Below are positions 30,079 to 44,293 of a stretch of 64,000 nt of DNA, in pieces. The notes under the pieces were generated by a model. That model had not been told where the DNA came from and ran no database searches. It was given only the letters and a program-made list of their open reading frames with translations. Within the stretch, counting starts at the first letter, position 1, and every line of letters begins with the position of its first letter. Both the position numbers and the translations under genes were made by a program. The DNA is taken from contig CALSCP010000894.1 in NCBI GenBank assembly GCA_943704425.1, positions 52,671-116,670 of the forward strand. The letters run 5' to 3'. The DNA comes from Ministeria vibrans ATCC 50519 (taxonomy: Eukaryota; Protista; Filasterea).

Positions 30079-32407
30079 TTACACACCACTGCCATCGCGA
30101 AAGAACAGAATGTCGCCCGCGTTGCGCGTCTCGTCCCAGTCATTCCAGATGCGCCCCACTAGCAGCCCTTGCCACTTGTTCTTCATCCGACGACACAACT
30201 CCACCGCACTAATCACCGTCTCGCCAGCACGGAACGCCTTCTTCTGCGCTCCCAGTGCCTCCACCAGCATCCGCGTCATCTGCGTCTCATCCTTCCATGC
30301 AAACGCCGACGCACTGTTCAGTGAGCTGGCCATCATCTGTCGCGCATAGTCCGGCACTGGCTTGACACTCGCGCGCATCGTCAGGTCCCCATCCGCACTC
30401 ACCAGTGCCCCCGCATTGCAGAAATCACACACCACCAGAATGTTGCACCCGCGCCAGTGTGCCTGCTCCTCTAACACCGCCGCCAGTGTCTTCAAACTAA
30501 ACCCCGACACAAGATCGTCGATCCAGCGTGCGTCGCTGAGAATCAGTCCACGGCTTCGGTCCTCCGCACCATGCCCAATCAGGTGCACCACCAGCAACGA
30601 CGCCTTGGACTTGCCACACGTCGCGCTGAGCTTCGCTGCAGCCTCCGCAATAGTATCCATGGTGACTCTCGCTGTGGTGACTTCGTCTGTGACCGCCTCG
30701 ACAGTAAAATCGCGGTCCTCCCACAGTGTCTTGAGCTTCGACACACTCTTAAGAACACCAGGTAAATCAGGACAGTTCGCCAACTGCGGGTTGCTCGACG
30801 ACTTGTACCGACTCACACCCACGATCAGTGCAGCTGCGTGCGTGTACGCCGATGTTCCTCCAGCACCTACAAACAAAACATAAACAATTGTCAGATTTAA
30901 ACTGAATAATGTTTCAGATTTGACCTGCGTGATTGCACCACCACAGCTCAAGACGTTCGTTGCACTGTCGTTCGCCAGCGTGCGTCATCAACTCCAAATT
31001 CACCCGCCCCACCTCACGGTACTCCTCAGGTGCCCCCGCCACGTGCTCAGCCTCAAACAACGGTCGCGTCATGTCAAACGGGTGCGCTGGCACGACCACT
31101 GCTCTCCCTCCACGCCATCCCCACCGCAGCGACACAGTCGACGAGCACACCCGCTCGATCAGTGCATCCACCGTGTCACGCACATTCTCCGCAGGTGTGT
31201 CCGCATACAGTTCCACACGCACAAACGCCTCGCCCGTGTTCAGTCGCAGTCGCACCGGCACCATCCCATTGCCCTTCATCAGAAGCACATTCGTGCACCG
31301 CTGAGTCGCTTGGATCGCCGCATTCCCCACACTCTGCCGCCACAGTGCAACCACCAGCAAATGGAAGGTCGCCAGTGACACCGGCAGCACCGCACCACCC
31401 ACCATTTGGTACAGCAACAACTGCGCCGGTCGATCGCCAGTCTGCTCGACAAACGGTGCGTCGTCGGGCAGCAGCATCGGCACAAGAAGTCGGTCGTCGT
31501 GTCGGAACACCAGACTCAAGTGCTCAAGGGTGCGCAGAAACGCCGCAGGATCAACCACATCGGCACCCGCCAGCAGTGGCTGTGTCTTGGCCAGTGGTGC
31601 AGCTGCCTCCCACACGAGCCACTGTGCCACGTCAAACGGGAATCCGGCTTCGGGGCGTCGTCGTGCAGCGTCCAGAGCAGTCAACAGACGTTCGGTGCGG
31701 TTGAGATCCTTTGCACACCCTGCCTCCTCCACCTGCGCCAGCATTCCGCGCGCCCGCTCGCTCTTCGCCCGTCCCCATCGTGCCATCACCACCGAACACA
31801 GCAGTTCAAGCGCCGCAATCAGTCGAGGCACATCAAACACAACCATGTCGGTGTCGGCGAGCGTCGCACGGTCCACACGACTCACCAGAACGTCCGCAGA
31901 GTTCTCCAGGTACGGAATCACTCCATCGTGCAGTGCCGTCGTGTCGGGCATCAGGTCTCCCAGTGTGATCCGTGGCGCGTCGTTGAGCTCAAGTGTTGGC
32001 AGCTCACGCACTGGACACATCAGCTGGACGTTGCCCATCCGCGCCCATCGTCCAATCAGGTCCTGTGCACACACGTACTCAAGCGGCACAGGTCGTGGAC
32101 GCACCGCCGAGTGCAGTGCCGTGCTGACCGCAGCGAGTCCCAGGCCCTTGGCACTGCCCACCTGGAAGAAGGGCACACTCGGTGTCGATGGCGGTCGGAT
32201 GAGGTGCGGCCCAAGCACGGGCACAACGAGACGACGCATCTCGCGCGCCACCAGTTGCAGCAGATCGCGCGGAACGGTGTCGTCAGTGAACGTGTCGATG
32301 TGTGTGCCCACAATGAGGACGCGAAAGTGCGATGACTGCGTGGTGGGCACTTGGTGCGCGATGAGGTGCGCCCATTTCGACACTGTGTCGTACTGGCGTT
32401 GAGCCGC
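30079..32407 (-). CDS. Roco protein: Roc GTPase (C-terminal half visible) - COR - caspase-like (peptidase C14) domain; 5' end lies in an assembly gap
   Basis: Roc G4 VLIVGTHID and G5 FQVGSAKGLGL. COR motifs PVPLEY, YLENSADVL, LEHLSLVF..LLVPMLLPD and FHLLVVAL. A 58-nt GT-AG intron (30867-30924, phase 1 on both sides) joins it to ALIVGVSRY..LIGHG..VCDFCNAG. Confidence 0.8.
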
Positions 32408-33392
32408 NNNNNNNNNNNNNNNNNNNNNNNNNNNNNNNNNNNNNNNNNNNNNNNNNNNNNNNNNNNNNNNNNNNNNNNNNNNNNNNNNNNNNNNNNNNNN
32501 NNNNNNNNNNNNNNNNNNNNNNNNNNNNNNNNNNNNNNNNNNNNNNNNNNNNNNNNNNNNNNNNNNNNNNNNNNNNNNNNNNNNNNNNNNNNNNNNNNNN
32601 NNNNNNNNNNNNNNNNNNNNNNNNNNNNNNNNNNNNNNNNNNNNNNNNNNNNNNNNNNNNNNNNNNNNNNNNNNNNNNNNNNNNNNNNNNNNNNNNNNNN
32701 NNNNNNNNNNNNNNNNNNNNNNNNNNNNNNNNNNNNNNNNNNNNNNNNNNNNNNNNNNNNNNNNNNNNNNNNNNNNNNNNNNNNNNNNNNNNNNNNNNNN
32801 NNNNNNNNNNNNNNNNNNNNNNNNNNNNNNNNNNNNNNNNNNNNNNNNNNNNNNNNNNNNNNNNNNNNNNNNNNNNNNNNNNNNNNNNNNNNNNNNNNNN
32901 NNNNNNNNNNNNNNNNNNNNNNNNNNNNNNNNNNNNNNNNNNNNNNNNNNNNNNNNNNNNNNNNNNNNNNNNNNNNNNNNNNNNNNNNNNNNNNNNNNNN
33001 NNNNNNNNNNNNNNNNNNNNNNNNNNNNNNNNNNNNNNNNNNNNNNNNNNNNNNNNNNNNNNNNNNNNNNNNNNNNNNNNNNNNNNNNNNNNNNNNNNNN
33101 NNNNNNNNNNNNNNNNNNNNNNNNNNNNNNNNNNNNNNNNNNNNNNNNNNNNNNNNNNNNNNNNNNNNNNNNNNNNNNNNNNNNNNNNNNNNNNNNNNNN
33201 NNNNNNNNNNNNNNNNNNNNNNNNNNNNNNNNNNNNNNNNNNNNNNNNNNNNNNNNNNNNNNNNNNNNNNNNNNNNNNNNNNNNNNNNNNNNNNNNNNNN
33301 NNNNNNNNNNNNNNNNNNNNNNNNNNNNNNNNNNNNNNNNNNNNNNNNNNNNNNNNNNNNNNNNNNNNNNNNNNNNNNNNNNNNNNNNNNNN
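32408..33392. other. Assembly gap of about 985 N, followed by a long (GA)n microsatellite to about 33553
   Basis: Run of N; hides the 5' coding part of the Roco gene. Confidence 0.99.
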
Positions 33393-33557
<165 letters not shown>

Positions 33558-34438
33558 TGACAACTGAATCATAGAATACATGCACAGTGGCGCTGGTTCT
33601 ACGACGCCTCAGTGGTCGACTGCAGCAGTCAATTTCTTTCGACCGATCAAACACTCAAAAGAAACAAAACAAAATGTCACACAAGCAATCGAATGGAAAC
33701 CAAAAAGGAAAGCCTCGTGAACACAAGAGACGACGTACACAATAAAACATTCTCTTCCGCAAAACAGCGCGAGCAATGTCGGGCGGATGTGATTATGAAG
33801 TGATTATCACAAACTCCTCACAAACAAGTCAAACTGAGTTGGTCGAACAGACAAAACAAATCCCATTGCGATTCCCAGACGAAGACCCACTGCGCCAATC
33901 AAACACACCACCCACCACATGCCACCGCCGCAGTACGACCCGCTCTACTTATTCTTTTTTTTCGTCCCAAATTGTTAATAAAAATTCGTCTCACGCGAAA
34001 AAGACACAAAAAAACGCCCGTCCCCGCACTCCCTGACATCATGCCATACCTGGATGTTCGTTTCTGCGCGCTGGGCCTGTTCGCTAGTGATAAAGTGATG
34101 AGAATTTCGGACTTTTTTTTTTCTCTAAAATCAGTCGAAAAACAACAAATGCGCTGTGAGTGCAATGGCGGAGTCAGGAGAGGTGCCACACAAGCCGTAA
34201 AAAGTGCTCAACACGTCTAATCAACAATAGAAAATTGTTAATTATTGTGAAATCAGAAATGTGATGAATAATTATTATTATTATATTTTTTTCGTAGCTT
34301 AGAAAGTGGTTCTGAGCTGTTTTCTCGTTGCCGCTTTTTGTATGGGCTCATTGTGCTCGGGGTAGCAGCAGATTTCTTTACTCATAAATTGGAAATGTCT
34401 TTTTATTGCCAAAAATTCAGTTTCATTTCACTCTCCTT

Positions 34439-37400
34439 TCACTCTGTCAACTCGGCGCGCACATCGCTGAACCGCATGTACTCGTCAAGTCCACGCGTCC
34501 GGTAGAGCGCGCTGGCAGCCTGCCGCAAGTACTTGTGCGCCCACACCAGCTTGAAGCGGTCTTGTTCGGCGGTGGTGTCCTCCTCTGCAAAGTAGAGTGC
34601 TCCGCTGAAGACAGTCAGCTGTGCGAGCGTGCGCGGAGGAATTGCATGGGCTGCGCCGTCGCCACGCACGCAGAACCACGCGTGTTTCTGGCCACGGCGC
34701 ACACGCGGCAGCAGTGCATACAGCACAACGTGCACATGCAGTTGCTTCAAGCACAGAATCGTATTCGCCTCTACGGGACTCACGAGCACCGACTGTCCCG
34801 TGTGTCCAAAGTGCACCAGCCAGTGCGCCGGACGCAGTGTCCGCATCAGTGAGCACCTCCCCGCGCCCGCAGAGCCCTTGACACTCTGCACATACGACTG
34901 CGTCATCAGAAGAGACACTTTCTCCTCTCGCATCGCAATCTCCATCCGCGTGTGATTATGCTTCACCTTCTTATCCCACGCGAGAATCGGTACAAGATGA
35001 AGCGCCTTCAGTGTAGCATTCACATCCGGCTCAAATAACGCCCAAGCACTCAGCACCTCTGGCTGCGCGTGCTCTGGCAGCTGCCCACGCACCACAGCCC
35101 CCAACAGCACACGACTGGGCGCCTCCTTCTTTGCCATCTGTCGCACGCTGCTCTTGCACTGCTGTCGCTCCACCTCAGGCTCTTCCTCAATCTCCCGCTC
35201 TTGCTCTTCGTCGGCCGTTGTCGCCAGACACTCCACTGTCTGCGCATAGTCGCGACACTGCTCCACCAGTGGCATGGCGTCCTCCGTGAGCGTGCATGCC
35301 GCAATGGCTCGCGCAATCACCTCGGGCAGAGGCGTGAGTACGCGCGAAGCGGCAAAAGACTCTCGCAAGGTAATAGCGTCGCGACGTGGTCGTTCCTGTG
35401 CCCTTTCCCGCAGCATTGCATAGTTTGTTGGAAACACGCGGTGACGTCTGCCCGACGACGTGGCGTCTGCCATAAGCGCCCGCTCGCGCAAAAACGCATG
35501 GCCGTGCAGCGCCCACGAAAGAAACCCGTCGCGCGTCGCCTTCACGCTCTGCCGTAGCGTCCACTCGAGCACGTCCACGTGAGCCGGCGTAACCGCCCCG
35601 TTGCGCATCACCTCATGATGCACATCGGATGCGACAAAGAATGACACGGTGTGGCCCTGACCCAGCTTGCGCATCCGCATGGCCGCCTGCAGCAGCTCGT
35701 CCTTGCGCACTCCCTTACCCACCGTCAGCGCCGCGTGCGTGGCCTGTGGCAGCCGCACGTCCGTCCCACGCGTGTGTCCATGGTCAATGTAGAGCAGACA
35801 GCGGCTCAGGTCGTTTGCGTACGTGCTCAGCACAAGCTCCACCTCACGTCCCTCTCGGTCGCGCACCAGCAGTGTGTTGTTTTCGTCAAAGAACACCACC
35901 GCACTCGCGTCCATCCGTTTCTCAAGCCACTGGTGCGCCAGTGAACGGTTGTCCAGATCCAACACAAGCGCACCACAGTCGATGAGCACCTGAAAGGGCA
36001 CATTGGGTCGCTTAGGGTCGGGTCGCAGCAGCTCCTGCAGCAGCTTCTCGCCCGTCACATTGGCTTCGAGCGCACGGTAGTTGTCGTTGTCGTGATGAAG
36101 CAGATTCGCACACACCTCGGCGTTGGTCTGGCGCAGTGTGTTGAGATCGCGCGCACGCACACCGCGCGGCATCAGCAGACGCGTGTCGTTGGTGCCGCTG
36201 AAGCCACTCACGGGGTGGACGCGCTCGCCCCGGCAGCCGCACAGGTGCCACGCACTCGTTGACATCTTCTTCTGAAACTGCCTGGCCTCGCGCGGAAAGA
36301 CAATTTCGCTCAGGTAAAAAGCAACCGTCTTGCTGTTGTGGCGCAAGTGAGGGAACAGGTCGTGCTGCAGACGCGGAAGGTCGCGCTCATTGAGACTCGT
36401 CACATCGCGTAGCGACGCCTCTACGTCAAGCCCGGCAATCCAGTTCGCATACACATGGTCACTGCCGGGCAGCTGCCGCAGTCGCCGTAGCACTTCCACC
36501 AGCTCGGGAAGGCGCAGGCCAGAGCGCAAATACGAGAGTGCAGTCAGTGTCAACGCCATGTCTGCATCGCCAAACTCGGTGCGCTCCACAGGCATGTCCT
36601 TGGCGCGATAAGGAACCGCCATCATGCGCAACTTTTCCGCTCTGACCGCTGGCACACCGTATTGCACACGCCACCGCTTGCTCAGTGCCAGGCGAAGGAC
36701 TCCCAGTGCCAATTGCCCACGTACGATCAGCAGCGCCGACACGAGCTCCTCGTTCCACCGCACTGCGTCATTGTCTGCGCCCAGCGGCTCATCGTCCTCC
36801 CCGGTCACATTCAGCAGCGTATCAAACCACTGTTCCGTCTCGCGCGAGAGCGTCTCGCTGAGAATCATCTCACGCATTGGTGCAGTGCACTCTAGTGCAA
36901 ACAAGCGCTGGACCGTCTCGTTGGCGTACGTCTGTGCGGTGCTCGAGAAGAGGTCGTCGACAAGCAGATGACCCAGTCTCTCAAACGCACGTGCCTCCAC
37001 CTCGGCACCACCCACAAGACGCACTACAGGGTACGTACCAGGAGCCATCGCGCGATACTCGAGGTCCGGGCACTGCGGCGCAACACGTGCGACACCGTCC
37101 AGAATCGCATGCATCACATGCCAGCGCAGTGGTCCACCCGCAATCTCCGCTCGTCCGCCTACCGAGTAAACCAACTCGCGTCGATGGTGAAGCACATCGT
37201 CAACCTCGTCAAAGAGATCGCGCGCCTCGCGATGCAACTGATTGTGCAGCTGGGCCAGTGCCACGCTCGTCTCCGACGAGCTGTCGTCGCGGAAGGCCAA
37301 ATCCCACAGACGCAGTCGGAGGCTCTGCAAATGCTCGGGTTGTGCAAGAATGACTCCCGACTCACGACGACACACGTCCATTGTCTTGCGCATGCGCTCT

Positions 37401-40400
37401 ACACTCTCTTGCGTCAGTGCGTGGTCGCGTCGAATGGGAAACTCAAACACCCGGCGCGCCAGAAAGCCACCCAGCTTGAATCGCAACACCTGCAGATTGG
37501 CTCGGTGCAACGACTGTGGCACTACAATGCGCACCAGTCGCTGCTCTCCATCGGCGAGCGTCGCACTCGTCAGCGGCATCGTCACCGACGTTTTGCCTTC
37601 GCCCATGTTTTGTTGCACCGTAGCTCCGCACTCGTCGTCGCCCAGCTCGGGATGCATCATACGCTGTGCCACATCCACCTGCAAAGGCCACACCGTCAGA
37701 TCGTTCTCCAGCTCAAACACAAGCAGTTCGGGCCAGCTGGCACAGCCGTTGTCAAGACGAACATGCGGAGGCGCCAACAACTCACGCTGCAGCATGTGCG
37801 CCTCGTCCGTCGCTCCCGCCGCGTACCACAAACACCGCCGGTACTTGCGCAGTCGCGACTGTGCCACCGCCATGCCGCCTGCCACCGCGAGCGCCCCCTT
37901 GGTTGGTGTCTTCCAGCCGCGTGTACGGTACCCCTGAGCACGCATGGCCGCCCCCGTCAGCCACATGAGATGCGTCTCAGGCACACACCGCGCCACAAGG
38001 CCCGCCTTGGCAAGCACGGCGTACGACGACGCAGAACTTGCCGCCTTGTGTAGCGCGCTAGCGCCCAATTGTGCCAGTTTCTCGTACTTGCGCATGGCCC
38101 ATTGGAGAAAGCCCAGGGGCACACTCGTCGGCATTGCCTCGTCTTGGGCCGTCTGCTGATCGCGCGTTTGCTCAAGCGCTTTCACACTCTCCGTCAAGTC
38201 ATCCATAAAATCCTTCTTGACAGGCTCCTCCTCCTCCCCCTCCTCCTCACCATTCATCTTGTCGAGGAAGGCCGAGAGGACCGTCAGGTCCACCTTGGCA
38301 CTTTGGGGCCATTCAAAGCATCGTTGTTCAAGTCCCTCCATCTGCGCGCGCTCCTTCTCATACTCCAACCACTCCTCGTAAAACGTCGGTCCTTGCGTGG
38401 TCCACAGCCGTGCCACACACTCTAAATTGACGTCAACGAGCGTCACAGGTGCGACAGGTTTGAGCTGTGGCTCCCCACTTGGCAGATACATGAGACGCGG
38501 CGGGAGCAAGGGTCGCCACTCGTTCATGGGCTCACCGTGAAAGGGACACCCACACGCGTACAAGACGCGCTTCACATACTCGTTGTACAGCTCAACAGCG
38601 TTGCGTTGTTGCAGCATCACTCGAAGTCGCTCTTCAAACTCGTACTTGCGGAGCAACGGCATTCCATTGACGGTGAGCGCAGCGATGGCGTCGCTCCGGT
38701 AAAACGCGTCGAGTTTATCGCGGCACAAGTCGACGCTCACCTTCCCGTCCCCTTCGTACGCAACAGGCCACGAAATTGCATTCCCCGTCAGCAGACGCCT
38801 GGCAAAGTGTACAGCTGCGTTGACACCTTTCTGTACCCGAGTTTCCAAATCCTCCTCCTCTTCCTCTTCCTCCTCCTCGCCGTCATCGTCATCATTAAAC
38901 AAGACCAAGTGGTTCGTCTGTGGCAGTACTTCGTTCGGGGGAACCAGCGACTCTCGGAACATGAATTGGATACTGTTGTTGAAGTCCTCGTCCAATTCGT
39001 TGCTCGCATCGGGTTTGGCCATGTCAAACTGCTCGAGGGGAGAGTCAGGGCGGATTGCGGGAGCGCACATCGCGAGACTCACAAGCGCGTCAATGGCCAC
39101 GCTATCCTCCAGCTTGTATGACAGATACGACAGCAGAAGAGCCACGTAGGGGCGGTCGTGGTCGCTGAAGGTGGACACAAAAAAGTGAAGGCCAGCAAAG
39201 TCGGCGGGCAGTTTGGCGCGCGAGAGAGCGGGGTTTGAGATTCGCAGAATGTCATAAAAGTCTTTGCAGCTGCTGGTGCACGGACCCGCTCCAATGGCAC
39301 TGCAAAGTTGTGTCATGGAGGGGGCGCGTGGGGGCTCGTCAAGTCTGCAAATACGGCGCACAGTGGACGTGACGCGAGCGTTGGGAACCCATTTGTGTGT
39401 AAGCACCATGCGCGTCTGACGCGTCACGGGTAGCGGAATTTCCATGAGAGTGGGCAGCGACGGAGCGTGATTCCAGTAGGCGCGCAGGTGCAAATTGTCT
39501 GGCTTGGGCGGGGCGGACGCCGTGGCGTCATCAAAGAGAAACGCCAAGGGAACGCTCTCGCTGCGCAGCGCGTGGCACTGCAGCTTGAGCACGACAGCGG
39601 CTGTGTGCGCTGGCACCTCCGCATTGTACCGGATGATCTCCATGGAACGTCGATTGGGCGGGTAGGCGTCTCGTGTGGGCACCAGGTTCTCAATGGAGTC
39701 GAGGAGCGCGAGGCATGCAGGAGAGTATGGACTCGCGGGACGGCAACGGCCAGACTGAAGCAGCGTGAGACACCGTTCGATGCCAGTAACACCGGTGAAG
39801 GGATCGGGCAGCAGTGACGAGGTGTGCGCGTGCAGAGCGGCCAGGTAGAGCCACGAGAGTGTGCTGTTTGCACCGCACAACAAATGGAGATCATCGTCAA
39901 GAGTATAGCGGAAAAACGACGGCTGCGAGTACAAATGGTCCAGATCCACGTGTGTCGAGTGGTGCGTGTCTGGCCGAGCCAGTGACTGCGACGTGATCGC
40001 AAGTAAGGCTGTGGTGGAGGCCAGTACATTTGAAATTTTGAGCTCACTCTTCACGTTGGTCTTGGCCGTCTCCTGGGCAACGAATGCAGTTGCGGCGACA
40101 GCTGAAGAGGCTTTTGCGCTGCGCGTGTACACATGTAGTGGACCATGGGGAACAAGCACGCAACGTTTCTTCAGGGCAAACGCACTCTCAGTCTGGCACA
40201 GCACAAGGCGATGCTCGAGTCCCACTAGGGTGTGCAGCGAGGCGTCCGTATCCACGGCCCAGCCCACAAACTCGCGCGAGTGGAATCGTTGGTCAGAGTG
40301 GGACCAGTGGAAGGTGAGAGCATAGCGCGGCATGTGAAGGGAAATATGGAACGGACTCGCGCTTGAACCTCCGTCCTTTTCTGCGTCTTCCTCTCTTGGC

Positions 40401-43400
40401 GACCTCCACCAGATGTGCAGATGACGATCGCGTTCGAGGCGCTCAAAGTGGCGTGCAACGCTGCGCCCGAGTCCCGCGTGAGCGTCCATCAGCTGGCCGA
40501 GTTGGTCGTGATGGAGGCGCCAGCCACCGGGACGCGACTCCGTCGCGTCCGAGTAGCATAGCTTGTGCGGTGCCTCGTCGACGTTGTGAAAGGACGTGTC
40601 AAGAAAGAAGACGGGGCGTAGGAAGACAATGCGCGCGTGGGGATCAAACCAGTGACTGTGATCTTCAATGAGCTTCTCCGGCAGATCCAACAGTGGTGGT
40701 GACTCCAAGGAGGCGTTGACCTTCGAGCCGTAGATGGATGGAGAGAGCAGCTCAAGGGTACGACCGTCGCGGCGATGTTCCACGATGCACAGTTGTGTCG
40801 TGTGAAGGCGACGCCCAAAGACAAAGCGAGATCCATTGGCGTCGGGACGTGTTGCCTGACGATGCGTGAGAAACCTGGTGGGTGGCTCCATGTGCACTTG
40901 AAAGACATGGGTGCCAAAGTGGCGTTTGAAAAACAATTGGCTGGTAATGGAGCGGGCAAGACGGGTGAGGGGCGCGCCGTTGACAAGGACATCCCCACGG
41001 AGTGGGTTGATGAAAACCTGGCTAGGCACGACTTGGGCTGCAGCGGTCTCCCTGTCGGACCATAAGCACGAGAGATGCAGTGACCCGTCAGGACAGTCGG
41101 ATACCTGAATTTGCGACGGCTCGCCCTCTTTGTAGTAGCGCGCGAGAAAGTGTACCAGACCCATGTGCGCCTTCAGGCGCTCGACAAGAGAAGAGCGGAG
41201 ACGCAGAGCTGTCGAGTGGACACGACGGAGAAGCACAGATTGTAGACCCTCGAGGGGTCGCGCGTCGTTGTTGAGCACGTAGTTGTCGTTGATGGACACG
41301 ACCGCCTGTAGCCAATGCGCCACGTCCTTGTCCGTGTCGAGCAGCGTACGGGTGTCTGTTCCGGCAAATGAGAGAGCCAGCGTCATCGCAATGTTGGTGC
41401 TCGTATTGTACAGGTCCTGACGCTCCGCGTCGTCTGTCGTTTGCTCTAGTGTAGCCTCGAGTGAGTTGAGCCACGAGATGGCGTTCTGGCGTGCGAGACG
41501 CACCAGCGAAGAGAGACGCTCAATCAGCGAGGAGTCTTCGTCTTTGTCTTGCGGTGATTTTGACGCGACGCCATGAAATACGTCCGAGACGTGCACAAGA
41601 GCAACGGTGACAAAGGTCAGTGTGCGATATGACTGCCAATTGCCCTCGAGTGTCTGGCGCAAGTTGTTAAGTTCCTCCATGAGAAGAGCGACAAAGGAGC
41701 GGTCGGCGAGAGGCGCGTGAGCGTCGCGTAGAAGGAGGTTTGTCGTGGACACCTTCGAAGTTGAAGGGCCACTCTGCAGCATGGCCTGCAGGAAGAGCTG
41801 CAACACCACCTCGCTCTGCGGCACAAGTACACGCTGATGACATACGCGCAGAATGTTGTGCCACTGAAGCGACGCACCCGCGCGCAGACTGCCAAATGCA
41901 ACCATTTCCGAATTGCTGAAGTCGTCAGGCTTGCGTTGATCATCAATAGCGACGACCGCCTCGGACTGGTCATGCGTGTACGAGTGGAGGTAGTGTGTCA
42001 AGAGGCGCTTGTGAGTGGGATCGTGAATCGCAAAGGAGCACCGCTCGCGATAGAGAGCGGACGGCTCTGTAAGTGGGGGAGGACACGGCGAATGTGATTC
42101 CCCGTACGCGAGCTCGCACGTGAGGTGATTCTCTTTGATGATTTCCGAGTAGTGCACATCTTCGCGCAAAGTGTGACTTTCCGGAGTTGGCTCAAAAGTT
42201 GCAGGGCCGCCCCGCGTTCGCTGACCGCGATTCATGTTGTACGGCTTCCTGCCATAGGCTGCGGCGACTTTGTAGTGACCAGCACCAAACGGCTTTGACT
42301 TGGATGCAAGGTACACGAGGCGTTTGGGCTGTGCGACAATCCAATGTTGAAGACGACGCTCATTCTGCCACGAGAAGCTGAAAGAGGAACGGGAAGCAGA
42401 CGCCGGCTTGAGCCGAGTGTCGAGTAAGGCATTAAGACGAAAGATACTGTCGCGCCAGTTGGCTACAAGTTCGGGCACACGTAACTCGAACACTACAGCC
42501 CACTGCATGTGCTCACGCTCAGGCAATAGACGCTCAAAGATCTCCACCTCCAAATTCTCCAACTGACGCTCAAGAGCACAGCGTTCGCAATCAAAATCGT
42601 GACGTTCCACCAAACTGTACGAGCGGTGCGAGCGAGCCATGGTCATTTCGTGTTGTAGTAGCTTTGCGCGGTTCAACAAATCACGGGCCTCAACCAGACG
42701 AGCTTCATACCTGGAGTGTCAAATTAGGCGCATTGTAAGTGAGTCAGTGCAAGATTGTATTACAGTGTGTGGTGATGTGAATACGCGGAGGGTTTAGAGG
42801 GGCTTATTTGACTGTACCTTTCAAGGTGCTGGAGTTCCAGCTGTTTGCTAACCGCCAGAATCTCTTTTCTTGCGACGCCCATCGACTCTGAATTCTCGGC
42901 AAAGCGCACTTCGAGGGAGTCGGCGGTGATCTTGTCGGACCGCATAGGTCCACTGGCGTACGTCGCAATTTCATTGCGCTGTGTGAAGTAGCGCTGTACG
43001 CGACGAAGATCAACGAGCATGGGGCGATCGGAGACGAGTATCGAGTCGAGGAAGGTTGTGTGGATGTCGGGAGGGTGTTGAAGAAGGATGGGGTGAGCAG
43101 AGACGGTTGCGTGATCAATGAGCATGACAGAAAGGAAGACGGTGAGAATGTGACGTGAGTAGAGGAACGGGTCGGATTGAACAAGGTCACAGTGGGAGTG
43201 CACGAGCTTCAGGTAGGTGTCGAGTCGTGCGTAGAGAGCGATGGCGTTTTCGGGAGTTCCGCCGGAGCGCAGTTTGCGGACACGACGTGGGAACTGGTCA
43301 AGCTCCCAGAAAATGGCAAGATGGTGACACTGCGACGAAAAGTCCCAGTCGTGGGGAATAGCACGCGCAAGGGAGTCCAATGTCTGTGGCGGTGTGGGGT

Positions 43401-44234
43401 CGCTGACGAGCGAGCGAGCCTCATTCATAGACGTGTTGAGCTCTTTGAGTGCTGAGGTCATTTGCATGACTGTGTCTGCTTCGGTGACGCACGTGGGCAT
43501 GTTCACCGGGGTGGGTTTTGGCTCGGCGGCGAGAAGAACGCGCGACCAATCGGCGTTGAGGGACTCTGCAAACAGAGACGAGGGTTATTCGAGAGGAACA
43601 TACGAGAGGGGCTACTCACCATTTGTCGCGTGATGTTGTTTCAACAGCTCGCCCATCGCCTTTTGAACACTGTTGCGGAGGCTCGCGTCGACGGAGTCAG
43701 TTTCAGGAGAGTTTTTGGTCTTGTCTGCGGCGAGGGCGAGGCGCTGGAGCTTGTCGAGCCGACGCGCCAGCTTGTTGTTCATCTCGAGAAGCGGAAGGGT
43801 CGTGAGACGATCGTTTTCGACTTGGCGACAGAGATGTCCAATGAAACAGGTGATGGCGGCTTTGTAGGCGAGTGGGCCGTTGGTGCCGCCCAGCTTGACG
43901 ATTAGGTGCACATGCAGGACTGTCTTGAGAGCGCACAGGAAGGTTGAGCGACGCCACGGCATCAGCTGATCCTTGGACTTGTTTCGACGAGAGCCAATGA
44001 GGTCAAAGACAACGTGATCGCGGATCTTTTTCACGACGACGGGGGCAGCTGGCAGGGGGTGGGCATCGAGGGCGCTCAGGAGCCACTCGAAGACCATCTG
44101 GGGCGCAGGCGGCTCTCGCGTCTCCGCCAGGTCGTGGTGGTCTGTTGATTGGTACGTCGTAGTCAGTGCCACTGCCTCCAGTTGGTGCGCAAATGCTTTC
44201 GTTTTGACCTATACAAAAAAAAATAATAATAATA

Positions 44235-44293
<59 letters not shown>

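Noticed and set aside
34166-34440. Possible small plus-strand spliced ORF (MAESGEVPHKP|LESGSELF...)
   Set aside because: There is a good acceptor at about 34297, but no recognisable domain, and the frame runs antisense into the DUF3638 gene; unsupported without RNA data.
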